A DNA stretch of 64,000 bases from Octopus sinensis (lineage: Eukaryota). Positions 41,090 to 53,470 of this stretch are shown piece by piece (the first letter of the stretch is position 1; each line of letters opens with the position of its first letter). Location: NCBI RefSeq assembly GCF_006345805.1, contig NC_043015.1:17484001-17548000 (forward strand). The letters are read 5' to 3'. The notes under the pieces were generated by a model. It was not told the origin of the DNA and did not search any database. It was given only the letters and a program-made list of their open reading frames with translations. The translations under genes were made by a program, and so were the position numbers.

Positions 41090-42935
41090 AACCTACCCTG
41101 TTATTTCTATAAGGTATCGCCCTTCTAACTATTTCCTATTTAAGGTTATATTTAATATTATTATCTTTGAGTTCCCAGATCTTACTGGAAAGTGTGGTGC
41201 AACCAGCTTTATGACGTAACTTAAATGATGAGATATGGTTGCTAACTCGTTGCTTAAATTTTATAGTATACCCCAAATAAAGAAATTTGCTATTCTCGGT
41301 AGTTATAGTACATTTATAGATTACGTTATGGGCCCCACACAGACCAGGTGCCGGGCATTTTGACTTAATCCTACAATTACACCATTCAGATTTAGAATTA
41401 TTTAAGGATAAATATCTCATATTGCTGTTATTAAGATTATTATGAGTATAATTATCGTTATTATAGGTAATGTTATTATCTAAAGCTGTGTTATCATTTA
41501 TCGATCCGCTTACACTATCATTTTGCTCTATAGCCATATCATAATTATCAACATTATTGGTATTGCTACTATTATTGCTTGTATTTATACCCGAATGCAT
41601 ATACTGCTGTTATAGATATCAATGTTATCTTCATTCCCGATATTTTCCCTATTTGCATTGCTCATATTATTATCATTATTATTCCTATTAATATTAATAT
41701 TATTATTAATTATTCCATGATTATTGATGCTACCCTTGTTTTGATAATTACTATTATTGTTGTTATTATTTTTATTTTTGATAATATTATTACAATTATT
41801 ATTAGTATTCATGTTGGTATTAGTCCTATTATTCCTGGCTAACTAAATGCTTTTATTATTAATTTTAGCTATTATAGTGGACATATTTGGGAGGGTCGAA
41901 TAAGAAATCCTAACCGTTCTTTCAGAAATTATTCTATGATATTTATGAGAGGCTGGAAATTTTTTTCTAGAATTAATTTGAATCTGCCGTGTATATCCGA
42001 TAAAATCGCTCAGTTGAAAGGAATATTCAGCCAGATTATATCTTCCTTATTATATTTTCTTAAATTAGAATTAGGGTTAGTTGAATTATTACCGATCCTA
42101 TCAGAGCTATTATATTTTTTACTATTATTTGTATGCTTTTTTGATTTATCTAAATTTGTTTTATCAGAGTTATCTATGCTCTGGTCTTTATTTTTATTCT
42201 TATGATTAGGCTTGCACGCTGGATTTGTTGTCACCGTAAATCTATTTCTACTTTTATTTCGGGCGTGATCTATATTTTTGTTTACGTAGTTACTGCTACC
42301 TCCACTATTAGGAATATGTGAGCTCTCCTTATCAATAAAGGTAATCTTTTGGTTGTATCCTGCCTTAGATAACGCTGCATTATAATGCTCAGAGTGAGAG
42401 TTAAATATATCATTATTAGAAGACAATTTGGAGATTCTTAAGGAAATATTTCTAACCAAAGATTTTATTATATTTTGGGGTTGATTGGATAATTTATTTA
42501 CCTTCCTTTCTAAATGGGTGATGCAGCTTAGAGTTAAGGTCTAATGTAATATCTGGGAAATTGATTATTTTAGTGCCAGGTTCATAAGTTATGCTAAGGT
42601 TGAAATCTTTAAAGAACCTATTAATTTTCTTTCTAATCCTTTCAATGCTAGATTTATTATTACTAGGAATAACAAACAGAGCATCATCCCTGTATAGACC
42701 ACCTTGTATTTCCGGGATCTCCTTTTTATGCACATTAATAGATATGCGCCTACCAAATTAGTTACCTCAGCCGAATCACTAGAACCCATGGGTATATCGA
42801 AATTACTAGGGGTATCTGCTCTAATCCATAATTTTCCATCAAATTCTATAATTGTTTTTCTAGCTAATAGTACTATATCGATTTCCTCTCTAGATATGAG
42901 GGAGCGATTCATGGCAAATATAAGTGATTTATTTT
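41090..42935 (-). mobile_element. Neptune-like PLE (RT, Asn-rich linkers, GIY-YIG), 5' truncated and frameshifted
   Basis: IPMGSSDSAEV, GLYRDD, IIWLNIPFN, CNCRIKSKCP..LC, VIY..LYLG, RVSNH. Confidence 0.9.
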
Positions 42936-43070
42936 TTGTTTATAATCACCCCACATTATTTTATGGTTAATACCATAAAGATTTCTGGTGCATCTAAGAT
43001 AAGTACCACATTCATTTGAATTCATTAGAATTCATTTGAGTCTTAATTATTTTACTGATATATATATATA

Positions 43071-43233
43071 TGGAAGCACTCCGTCGGTTACGACGACGAG
43101 GATTCTGGTTGATCCGATCAACGGAACAGCCTGCTCGTGAAATTAACGTGTAAGTGGCTGAGCACTCCACAGACACGTGTACCCTTAACGTAGTTTTCGG
43201 GGATATTCAGCGTGACACAGAGAGTGACAAGGC

Positions 43234-43237
<4 letters not shown>
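43071..43237 (+). mobile_element. Abundant interspersed repeat fragment (LINE/SINE-related)
   Basis: GGAAGCACTCCGTCGGTTACGAC...GTGACACAGAG resembles a common octopus repeat, recognised from memory. Flanked by (TA)n. Confidence 0.5.
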
Positions 43238-43301
<64 letters not shown>

Positions 43302-43476
43302 AAATATTAGGGAATAAATCCAAATTTACAGGGAAAAATCAGATTTAGGATTGAATCCAATTTTATAGTAAAATATTATATAATATTAATTAGAGACAAA
43401 ACCACTATTTTGTAAATCAAACAAGGAAAGACTTAATCAATACATAATAAAAATTTAATATAAAGTAAATAAATCG

Positions 43477-43520
43477 CCACTACAATTGTTTCCTGTCTTC
43501 AAATGACATTCATCAGGTGG
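43477..43520 (-). ncRNA. Type I hammerhead ribozyme (identical minus-strand copy)
   Basis: Mirror image of 43589-43632 within the palindrome. Confidence 0.8.
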
Positions 43521-43588
43521 ATTTCATATCTTCCATTCAATTTAAAGTTATGAAGTCATAACTTTAAATTGAATGGAAGATATGAAAT

Positions 43589-43632
43589 CCACCTGATGAA
43601 TGTCATTTGAAGACAGGAAACAATTGTAGTGG
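43589..43632 (+). ncRNA. Type I hammerhead ribozyme (plus-strand copy)
   Basis: CCAC CUGAUGA A UGUC-AUUUGAA-GACA G GAA ACAAUUGU A GUGG: canonical core, GUA site (cut after 43628), palindromic stem III. Confidence 0.8.
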
Positions 43633-43719
43633 CGATTTATTTACTTTATATTAAATTTTTATTATGTATTGATTAAGTCTTTCCTTGTTTGATTTACAAA
43701 ATAGTGGTTTTGTCTCTAA

Positions 43720-43761
<42 letters not shown>

Positions 43762-43779
43762 ATATATATAATATATATA

Positions 43780-43821
<42 letters not shown>

Positions 43822-44007
43822 TATATACATAAACAGTACCCCTAAGGACTGAAACAAGTAATAATATATGAGTGTATGTGTGTGTGTTTGGGTGTGTGTA
43901 TGTAAATATATGTGTGTGTGTCTGAGAGTCTATGGGCATGTCTCTATGTGCATGTATATATATATATACATACATACATACATACATATACATACATACA
44001 TACATAC

Positions 44008-44038
<31 letters not shown>

Positions 44039-46108
44039 GGTGTGTGTGCGGTGGGGTGTTTGTATTTTTATGCATGTGTACATGTATTGAATTAATTTTA
44101 TCTTCATCACATAAATATTATCAATTAATCAGATGTTTTCCTCACTAACAGAGTGTGAAAACATTAACTTAGCTAGAAATAGATATGCAGTCAGAAAAGG
44201 TGATACTACTCAATGAGGATTGTTATTTTTACTTTCCTAGGATATTTAATGTTTTATACATCTAGTAGATTACATCTATAGGTTATTTTATTTTTAAGCA
44301 ATTATATTTCCCAACACCAACAAATGTTCATTTACTCAGTGATTCTTTCATATATGTGCCAATAATGACAGTGAAGGAATGTTTTGCTGATAAGGTTTGT
44401 ATCAGCTGGAACAATAAAAATATTACTTATTAGCTAATACTACTTATCCCTCACTTTATATTTCCAGTTAACATTTTAAATTTCCATACATTAGTTATGC
44501 TAACACTGACATACCTATGCTGGTTGCATTTCTGTCTTTGATATTTGTTTTCCCTGACTTGTATGACATAATTGTTTCTGAACTATCTTCTGGATCACAT
44601 TGAAAATTCTTATATATTTAGAAGTCTAAGATTTCAAAACTCCTTATAAATCTGACCAGAAAGAATTTGACAGTACTGATCCACTAACCTAATTAAGCAA
44701 CAGCTAAGAATAGTAAGATACCTGGATTAAGTATAGTTTTGTTTTTGTTATACTGAAATTGAATAATCACATATAAGAATGAATTTCATCAAGAATGGAA
44801 ACTTCTTCCTATCACCATGTTGATTTGTATATCTCAAGGTCTTTTATATCTTCAGGTGTACCTTTGGCAACTTTTTTAAAGTATGCCTGCCTGCCATAAA
44901 CTATTACTGTTAGTGACAAAAAATTACCCTTTTTTAATGTGGTAATAAATAAAATATATTTTTGATCAAAGTATTTAATTACTGTTCTTCCAATTGAAAA
45001 CTGGAGCTATATTTATATCTCCATTTCAATTGTAGCAGATCACTTTCCATATTTGATTTCTGTCTAAATCTGATTACATGCTTTGTTAACATTGCTATAT
45101 TCAGTCATGTTTGGCATTGCTAGTACGGCGGTTTTCGGTTATTCTACCTTAAGCTTTCTCTTAGGTTATATTATTTATTTAGGCTTTTCTCTGAGTAAGG
45201 GAGAATATAATGATTCAACGTCACTTATACTCAAGTGTTATCATTCTATCTAAAACCCTAACTGCAGTTATAACGTTATATAGACATATACGCATGGAAC
45301 GCTACATCAACGACCATGTATGTTGAATATTTTAATCGTGTCCTTTAAACCGCTATAAGAAACATAAATCAAAGATTACAGAAATGCATATTTATCTATG
45401 CTCAGTTGAAAAACAAACGTGAAGAGAAACATATTCTTTTTAATTATTTTTTATTATATAAATATAACAATTCATATTATTTACAAGAAGAAAGATAACT
45501 TAGTCGTGAAGAAAAACGACTTTAAATTCCTTAGCTAATTTCTTCTTTCTATCTAATACGTTAACCAACAAATCAAAATAGATTTGTGATTAACGTAGAC
45601 ATGGCATAAAAATTTACCGATGCCTCCAAAAGAGTGAGTGACGTGGAGTTATGTGACACCAACGAACACTAAAATCTCTCCCCAAATCCAGGGTTTTTAT
45701 AACTGCTCAACCTGACCAAAAAGAATCGAAATTCAGAACAAACATTCCTTACGAAACTTTTAGAATCTTTATATGAGCAGTTATATTAACCAATGGGAAA
45801 AAACGAAAATGATATTTCTTCGGCAATACGACATTACGTCATATTGCCAATTCGCGCCACATTTCAAAATGGCTAAAATGGCTATTGCTACATCAGCCTC
45901 TCGCCAGAAAAAATTGTTAAAATTTTGAGAAAGGAAATTCGTAATACATATTTTTTTTATACAACATTTGAATTAATGGTTACAACATATCAATATATAC
46001 AAATGCATTTATAATTTACATGTTAAACATATGAAATTAGCCTTTCCAATACGGTTTACAATTATAATGTTCATATACAGTTCATTTCATTTCACTGGAA
46101 AAAAAAAT

Positions 46109-49100
46109 TTATATATATATATAATCCAGGAATATAAACAAAACTTTTTGAAAATCTTCAAACTGAGAAAGTTTTTTTGGAAAATGTACAATTCTGTCAC
46201 TTCTAGTCTTTTTCACATCTGTAGGTAATTTCAAAATTGACTTTGTTTCTCCATTAACATTGGATTTGTTTCTTTGAATATCACTTTGTTTCAAGTTATG
46301 TTGATATGTATTGCTCATATGATATGATATGAATATTGGTCGAAATAAGCTTTTTTTACTCTGTCGACACTGACAATTTCTTTTTTACCATTCATCTCCA
46401 AAGTCATAGTTTTGTCTCTAACTGACAAGACTTTAAAAGGTCCGGTGTATTTATATTTCAGTGAATTATGAGCGGCATCGTTACGTACAAATACATGTGT
46501 CCAAGAATTTATATCAGAAGGAACAAAGCTTTTAACATTTTGCAATTTTCTTGTAAAAGAAGGAATATTCGTAAGAAATCTCCTAAGACGAGTTACATAA
46601 TCATTAACATCTCCATTAAAAGAATTAGTTTCTTCGAACATTTGAGCAGGTAGAGTTAATGTTGTTCCGTACAAAAGTTCAGCAGGAGAATATTGTATAT
46701 TTTCTTTAACAGCAGTTCTAATTCCTAATAACACGACTGGTAAGGCTTCTAACCAACTATTAGAATCAGAATAAGTTCTGAATGAAGATTTCAACTGCCT
46801 ATGGAACCTTTCTATCATGCCGTTAGATTGTGGGTGATATGAAGTTGTACGAATTCTATTAATCCCCAACAATTTATTGAATTCTGCGAACAGGCTAGAC
46901 TCAAATTGTCTACCACGATTTGTTGTCACTGTATTTGGTATGCCAAATCTAGACATCCAATTCGTAAATAAGGTTTTCGCTATAGTTACTGCAGATACGT
47001 CTTTTATCGAATAAGCCTCCGGCCATCTCGATAAGCGATCGATACACGTCAACAAATATATATTATCCTCACATGGAGTTAAGGGTCCAACTATATCGAT
47101 GTGGATATGTTGGAATCTCGCATCTGGATTTGCAAATGTACCTAATGGTGCGTTGATATGACGCTGTACTTTTGATTTTTGACATTGCATACATGACTTT
47201 ACCCATGAACGAATATCTTTATTCATACCAGGCCAAACAAAACGACTTGATATCAACTTCAATGAAGCTTCTATACCTGGATGAGATAAATTATGTAAGC
47301 TAGAAAAAACATTTTTTCTATGCTTTTCAGGCACAAATGGTCTCGAAAAACCTGTAGAAATATCACACCAAATATGTGAATTACACGAATGGATCGGCAA
47401 CATTTTAAATTTTAAAGAAGTTGAATCGGAATTTTTATATAAAGAAAATTCTTTATCTGCAACTTGATCCTTAGACATTTCTTCCAAATTTATAGTGAAT
47501 TTAATGCATCTACATTCATTCTGGAAAGTGCATCTGCTGCTGAATTTTCAACACCCTTGATATAACGTATATCCACAGTAAACTGTGAAATAAAATCAAG
47601 GTGTCTAATTTCTCTAGGAGAATATTTCTCTGAAGAACTTTTTAACGCATATGTTAATGGTTTATGGTCAGTGAATAAAGTAAATGACCTACCTTCAAGA
47701 AGATATCTGAAATGTTTAATTGACAAATAAGCTGCCAACAATTCTCTGCCGAACACACTGTATTTAGTTTCTGGTGCTTTGAATTCTTTTGAAAAAAATG
47801 CTAATGGTTGCCAGGAATTACAATGAAATTGCTGTAGAACGCCACCGATTCCAACATCGGAAGCATCAACCATCATTGATAATTTTGCTTTAGGAACCTG
47901 ATGGTTTAAAAGTGTTGCTTTACACAGTTTATCTTTAATTTTTTTTAAAGCTTGTAATTCTGTTTCTTTTAAAGTTATGGCTTCATTTTTCTTCCTTCTA
48001 TTTTTCAATAGCTCAGTTAAGGGATATAGAGTTTCAGTGACTTTAGGAATAAACTTTCTGTAAAAATTAACTATCCCTAAAAATTCTCTGAGCTTCCTTA
48101 AAGTCTTCGGTACAGGAAAGTTTTTTATTGCTTCAACTTTTTCTGGTAATGGGCGAATTCCATCTTTATCTATAAGATGACCCAGAAAAGATATAGTGGG
48201 TTCACCAAAAACACACTTCGATGGATTTATCACAATGTCAAAATTGGTCAATCTTTCGAAAAATTTTTTAAATGTTTTTCATGTGCTTCTGATGGACTAG
48301 CAATGAGAATATCATCTATATAAGCAAATACGAAAGGTAAATTTCTTGTTACTTCGTCCATAAATCTTTGGAAAATGTTTGCTGCGTTCCTCAATCCGAA
48401 AGGCATGCGAAGAAATTCAAATAAACCAAATGGAGTGGTAATCGCTGTCTTCGGTATATCATTTTCTGCAACAGGAATTTGATTGTATGCTCTGACTAAA
48501 TCAATTTTTGAAAAAATAGTACAACCACTCAAAGAAGTTGCAAAGTCCATAATGTGGGGTATCGGATATTTGTCTGCTTTTGTTTTTGAATTAAGTTGCC
48601 TGAAGTCTCCACAAGGTCGCCAGTCTATAAGATTTTTCTTTACCATAACTAATGGTGTTGACCAGCTACTACTGGAAGGACGGATTATACCTAGATCCAT
48701 CATATGCCGAAATTCTGCCTTAGCCACCTTCAATTTTTCAGGAGATAATCTTCTCGGCTTAGAAAAACTTGGTGGTCCTTGTGTGACGATGTGATGTTCT
48801 ACCGAATGCACACACTTGGTATTTAGAGCTAACTGTTTCGTGATATTCGGATAATTCTTCAAAATCCTGTGATATCTATTTTCTGAGGACGCTATGAAAC
48901 TGTGCTTTTTCTCCATCTCCTTCCTTGAATTTTTAATGAAGTTTCTGTGTCTATCAATTTTTGTTTTTTAACATCTGCTCCTAATATTGGATATGGTAAA
49001 TCTGCTACTATGAAGATCCATTTATATTCTCTTCTTAAATTTATATCTAGAGTTAAGCTAATCTCTCTAAATGTTTGGATTTCAGACTGATTCACTGCTT

Positions 49101-49264
49101 GAAGAGTCATATACACAGGTTTGGTTTTTTTGTTTTAAAAGCTTTACAGGCCAAATTGAACAAGCTGCTCCTGTATCAACTAAAAACCTTTCTTTTGAGT
49201 TTAAGTCATAGACGAAAAATACGCGACTTTTTATGATATTATCCACAGATTTCGTCGCATCCAA
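46109..49264 (-). pseudogene. pol: Pol: protease, RT, RNase H, integrase (split by frameshifts)
   Basis: FLVDTGA; [11 protein letters not shown]; YIDDILIAS; DASDVGIGGVL; HHCC zinc finger and DDE integrase; KTRS tail. Confidence 0.93.
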
Positions 49265-49269
49265 TCTGC

Positions 49270-50082
49270 GGCTCAGAAGTTTCCCGAATTTCTCTTTTTT
49301 TTTTGTTTACATTTGAATGATTTGTCTCCAAATTTAACATGGTACCAACATATGGCGTTTCTTTTTAAACTAGGGATCCTTGATCTCCTGTGCCATCTTG
49401 CATTTTTTTGTTGAGCCGAGCGACTGTTTCTTTCGAGTTGAAAACTCTCTATTTTTTTGTTAATAATTCAAATTGTTTTTCATAACAATTTCTTAATTCC
49501 TGTATTTCATTCGAAATAGATGGAATTGCATTTACAGTTTCTTTGGACGATAATTCCAGAATACCGTCTGCTAAATCTGCCAACTGTTGAATGGAGTTTT
49601 GGTTTTTAACGACCGAAAGCAAAGTTTGAGTTTTATATGGCAATTTAGTGGAAAAACACTTCTTTGAGATAAGATTCTTCTATCTGCTGATTTCCCAGAA
49701 ATTCATTCATCCTACGCAGAAGTTGTGCGGGTTTTTTATTACCCAATTCTTCATTGTTGAATAACTTCGCAAACTCTTTTTGTTTCGAATTTGATGTTCG
49801 TTTCAATATTTCCTCTTTAATGGAAGAATAAGAAACTGGTTCTATAGGGTTTAGTAGCAAATCTCTAATTTCATTACTTAGAGGTGGAGGTAAATTGCTA
49901 AGCATTATATTGTATTTCTGTTCTTCATTTGTAATTTTGTTAGCTTTAAAGCTTGCCTCCAGTTGTGCCAACCAAATTACGGTGTCTCCAGTCCACGGAG
50001 GACTAGGCAATACATTCACAGAAGCTTGTGTGTAATTTCTATCGAAATATGACATCTCAAATTCTTTTAAATTCTGCTCCAT
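49270..50082 (-). pseudogene. gag: Gag (frameshifted)
   Basis: PPWTGDTVIWLAQLEASF, EELGNKKPAQLLRRM, and a CHCC-type CWYH..FG...KC motif near 49320-49355. Confidence 0.88.
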
Positions 50083-50361
50083 TATATGTATAAATATTTT
50101 CTCAAAGGAAAATTTTTTTTCGTTATGTTACTAAGCTTTTAACAGCTCAAAATATTTTTATATTGCTAGAAAGTGCAGCTAAAATTTTCTTTCCTAAAGT
50201 TTCTTCTTCAGCGTTCTTGTTTCAACTTACTTTTAACTATTTGTTAATAAAATATTTATGCAATAATTCTGTAATTTATGTTTATTATATTATTAAATTT
50301 TCCACCAGTTTGTCGGTGATTATAATTTTTTTTTATAGGTTTTCCTATAGGCTGTTTTAGG

Positions 50362-50372
50362 CGGGGTCACCA
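50362..50372 (-). promoter_or_regulatory. Primer binding site TGGTGACCCCG (complementary to the tRNA-Trp 3' end)
   Basis: It lies 7 nt inside the 5' LTR end; a Trp PBS is typical of CsRn1/Kabuki/Boudicca elements. Confidence 0.85.
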
Positions 50373-52888
50373 CTTTTCCTACGGCGGTTTTCGGTTATTC
50401 TACCTTAAGCTTTCTCTTAGGTTATATTATTTATTTAGGCTTTCCTCTGAGTAAGGGAGAATATAATGATTCAACGTCACTTATACTCAAGTGTTATCAT
50501 TCTATCTAAAACCCTAACTGCAGTTATAACGTTATATAGACATATACGCATAGAACGCTAACTCAACGACCATGTATGTTGAATATTTTAATCGTGTCCT
50601 TTAAACCGCTATAAGAAACATAAATCAAAGATTACAGAAATGCATATTTATCTATGCTCAGTTGAAAAACAAACGTGAAGAGAAACATATTCTTTTTAAT
50701 TATTTTTTATTATATAAATATAACAATTCATATTATTTACAAGAAGAAAGATAACTTAGTCGTGAAGAAAAACGACTTTAAATTCCTTAGCTAATTTCTT
50801 CTTTCTATCTAATACGTTAACCAACAAATCAAAATAGATTTGTGATTAACGTAGACATGGCATAAAAATTTACCGATGCCTCCAAAAGAGTGAGTGACGT
50901 GGAGTTATGTGACACCAACGAACACTAAAATCTCTCCCCAAATCCAGGGTTTTTATAACTGCTCAACCTGACCAAAAAGAATCGAAATTCAGGACAAACA
51001 TTCTTTACGAAACTTTTAGAATCTTTATATGAGCAGTTATATTAACCAATGGGAAAAAATGAAAATGATATTTCTTCGGCAATACGACGTTACGTCATAT
51101 TGCCAATTCGCGCCACATTTCAAAATGGCTATTGCTACACTAGCAACAGAATACTTATGCAGTTGACCAACTTGCCTGTTGACATCAGAGGAATTGTTTT
51201 AATTTCCGTGCAAAAATAGAAAGAGAAAATTCTAAAACAATACTGTGAAATCATATAAGCCTTGGATCTTTAACTTTGATCAGGGTTCACTGTTGTTGTG
51301 GTTTGACACTATGTTAACTTGGTCCTCATTGTACAGGGTGCCCATAACGTCTGGATACATAGGAAATATTGTTTTTGTTTTTTAATGATCTGCAGATTGA
51401 ATATGTGAATCTCACATAGCACATCAAACTGCATCACTAATAGTAGAAACTATGTTGGAAATGTTATTCATTAATGTAGTTGAATAAAATTATTGAAAAT
51501 ATGCATTTTGGTATATGTACCCAAAACTGTCCAGTTACAAATCTCAAATTTCTTTCTCCCACAAAGATGAATACGTTTCTAATGCCTTGTACTGAATAAA
51601 ACAATGTGAAATAAGCTCTCACAACTTTCTTCTCTCTCAAAAGATGCATATGCCTTGTCACACTTAAGATCTTTCAATAGCATTAAATAAGATCTCTTAA
51701 CTTCATTCTCTCTTATAGACATGAATATGTCTTCTAATGCTCTGTCATTCTTAACAGACAGTATTTTACATAAGGACCAGTGTCAATGACCTTCTCTTCA
51801 ACTCAAAAGAAATAAGGTTTTCCTACTGTACCATCACCACCAGCTTCAATGTAACAACTATAGCTACATCAAATTATAAAATACAGTTATTGCTTGTCGT
51901 ATCCCCTTCTCTTTCTCTCTCCCTCCCTCCACCACCCTCCTCCCTTTCTCTCCCACTCTCTTTCTCTCGTTTAAGAAAGAACATTCAATCTTTTGCTCTG
52001 TAAGTCTATCAAGCTGTTGTGTTTGACAATCATTCTTTGTAAGAAGGAAAAAGAATAAATTGTTAAGTAATACTAAAATGATTCTTCTCGACCATCCCAC
52101 TCACAGCCTTAAATGAATTTCTTCATTTTTCACAAACAACAAGTATTTCAGCATTGAGAAAGGGTTATTTTTCTTTATTCATCTATGTTTATATATAAGT
52201 GTCATTAAACAAGTTTTCTTGTTAACTTTAATTTATATTTTGCTATGACCTTGTCTCTTTTTATTTCTGCAGATCACACACACAACAGAAATAGGATTTA
52301 GTCAGTAGACAAAGACCTTCAAATCTGTCACTGTAGAATTTCTTTCAAAGGCAGGAAAAAATATAATAAAGAATAGAAATGACTTGTTATAGAAAACAAT
52401 ACAAACTACTGAGGTTTGAGTTGAAGTATTTTATTATACCCTTATATGTACTTTATCAAAAGAAAAACACAGTTCCACACCAATTATCAAGTATTAGAAA
52501 GTACCTTCTCAAGCTGTTATTTCAGTTAATTTTGGTTAAGTTGCTGAGTAAAATATTAGAATGAATTATGAAGTTAATATGAAACATAGAATAAGAGAAC
52601 CCTGTTTATGGTCTGAGTCATAATAGTTATATATTGTATAACTATTGTGATTTTCTATCACAATAGTAATAGAATAATAACATACAAACGAATGATGAAA
52701 TATGTCAATAGTAATAAAAGGTAACATAAAACTAGAGAGTGACAGTGTCAATAGTCCATCACTATTGTATTTCTGTGTCAATAGTTATACAACAGAAGCA
52801 TAAAAAATAGTGATCCATTGTGACAAAAGTAAAAAATACTGATATAAAAGTTAGTTATGCTCTTTATAAATATATATACCATAGTAAA

Positions 52889-53063
52889 GATGGTGAGCTA
52901 GTAGAATCATTAGCATTGTGGGCAATTTCGTCCATTTTATGTTATGAGTTCAAATTCCACCAAGATCAACTTTGCCTTTCATCCTTTTGGGTTTGAGCAC
53001 TGGGGTCAACGTATTCGACTCACTCTCTCCCACAAAATTGCTGACCTTGAACCAATATCTGAA
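52889..53063 (+). mobile_element. SINE (octopus-type), decayed
   Basis: GGTGAGCTAG.AGAATC..TAGC...GAGTTCAAATTCC.CC.AG.TCAACTTTGCCTTTCATCC; same family as 59730-59860. Confidence 0.75.
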
Positions 53064-53124
53064 AGTAGTGATGGACTGTGTCAATAGTAATACCTTGCTA
53101 TTGACTGTGTCACTGGTAATAGAA

Positions 53125-53470
53125 CATCATCAACATCATTTAACATCCGCTTTCCATGCTGGTACCGGTTAGACAGTTTGACTGGAACTGGTTAGCCAGA
53201 GAGCTGTTACAGGTTCCACTCTGATTTGGCATGATTTCTATGTCTGGATGCTTTTCCCAGCACCAACCACTCCAAGAGCGTAATAGGTGCTTCTTACATA
53301 CTACCAGCATGGGTACCATTTACATGATACTGGCAACAACCACGACTATGATTTCACAGGTGTCATTTACATGACTGGTAATGGCCACAACTTAGCTGGA
53401 TGAGTTTTCTCAAGCATATCACCAAAGCTCTTGGTCACTTGTCATTTCTGTGAGGCCCAACATTCGAAGA
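53125..53470 (+). mobile_element. LINE-tail-derived interspersed repeat, decayed
   Basis: CATCATTTAACATCCGCTTTCCATGCT...CTGGATGC...CCAACCACTCC resembles an abundant octopus repeat, recognised from memory. Confidence 0.55.

Larger units (their letters stand above)
43377..43732. repeat. Perfect palindrome: 177-bp arms with a 2-bp spacer (AG at 43554-43555)
   Basis: Base-by-base comparison of 43377-43553 with the reverse complement of 43556-43732 showed no mismatch. Confidence 0.95.
45124..51139 (-). mobile_element. Full-length Ty3/Gypsy LTR retrotransposon, CsRn1-like clade, defective
   Basis: LTRs at 50380-51139 (5') and 45124-45892 (3'); CTAG TSD at 45120-45123 and 51140-51143; tRNA-Trp-type PBS; gag, PR, RT, RNase H and IN in Gypsy order. 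Confidence 0.97.

Noticed and set aside
46109-46318. Extra ORF (env-like position) in the Gypsy element
   Set aside because: It is the frameshifted integrase C-terminal tail (KTRS..VHFP).
52262-52350. Plus-strand exon after a good polypyrimidine/CAG acceptor
   Set aside because: All three frames hit stops and there is no GT donor.
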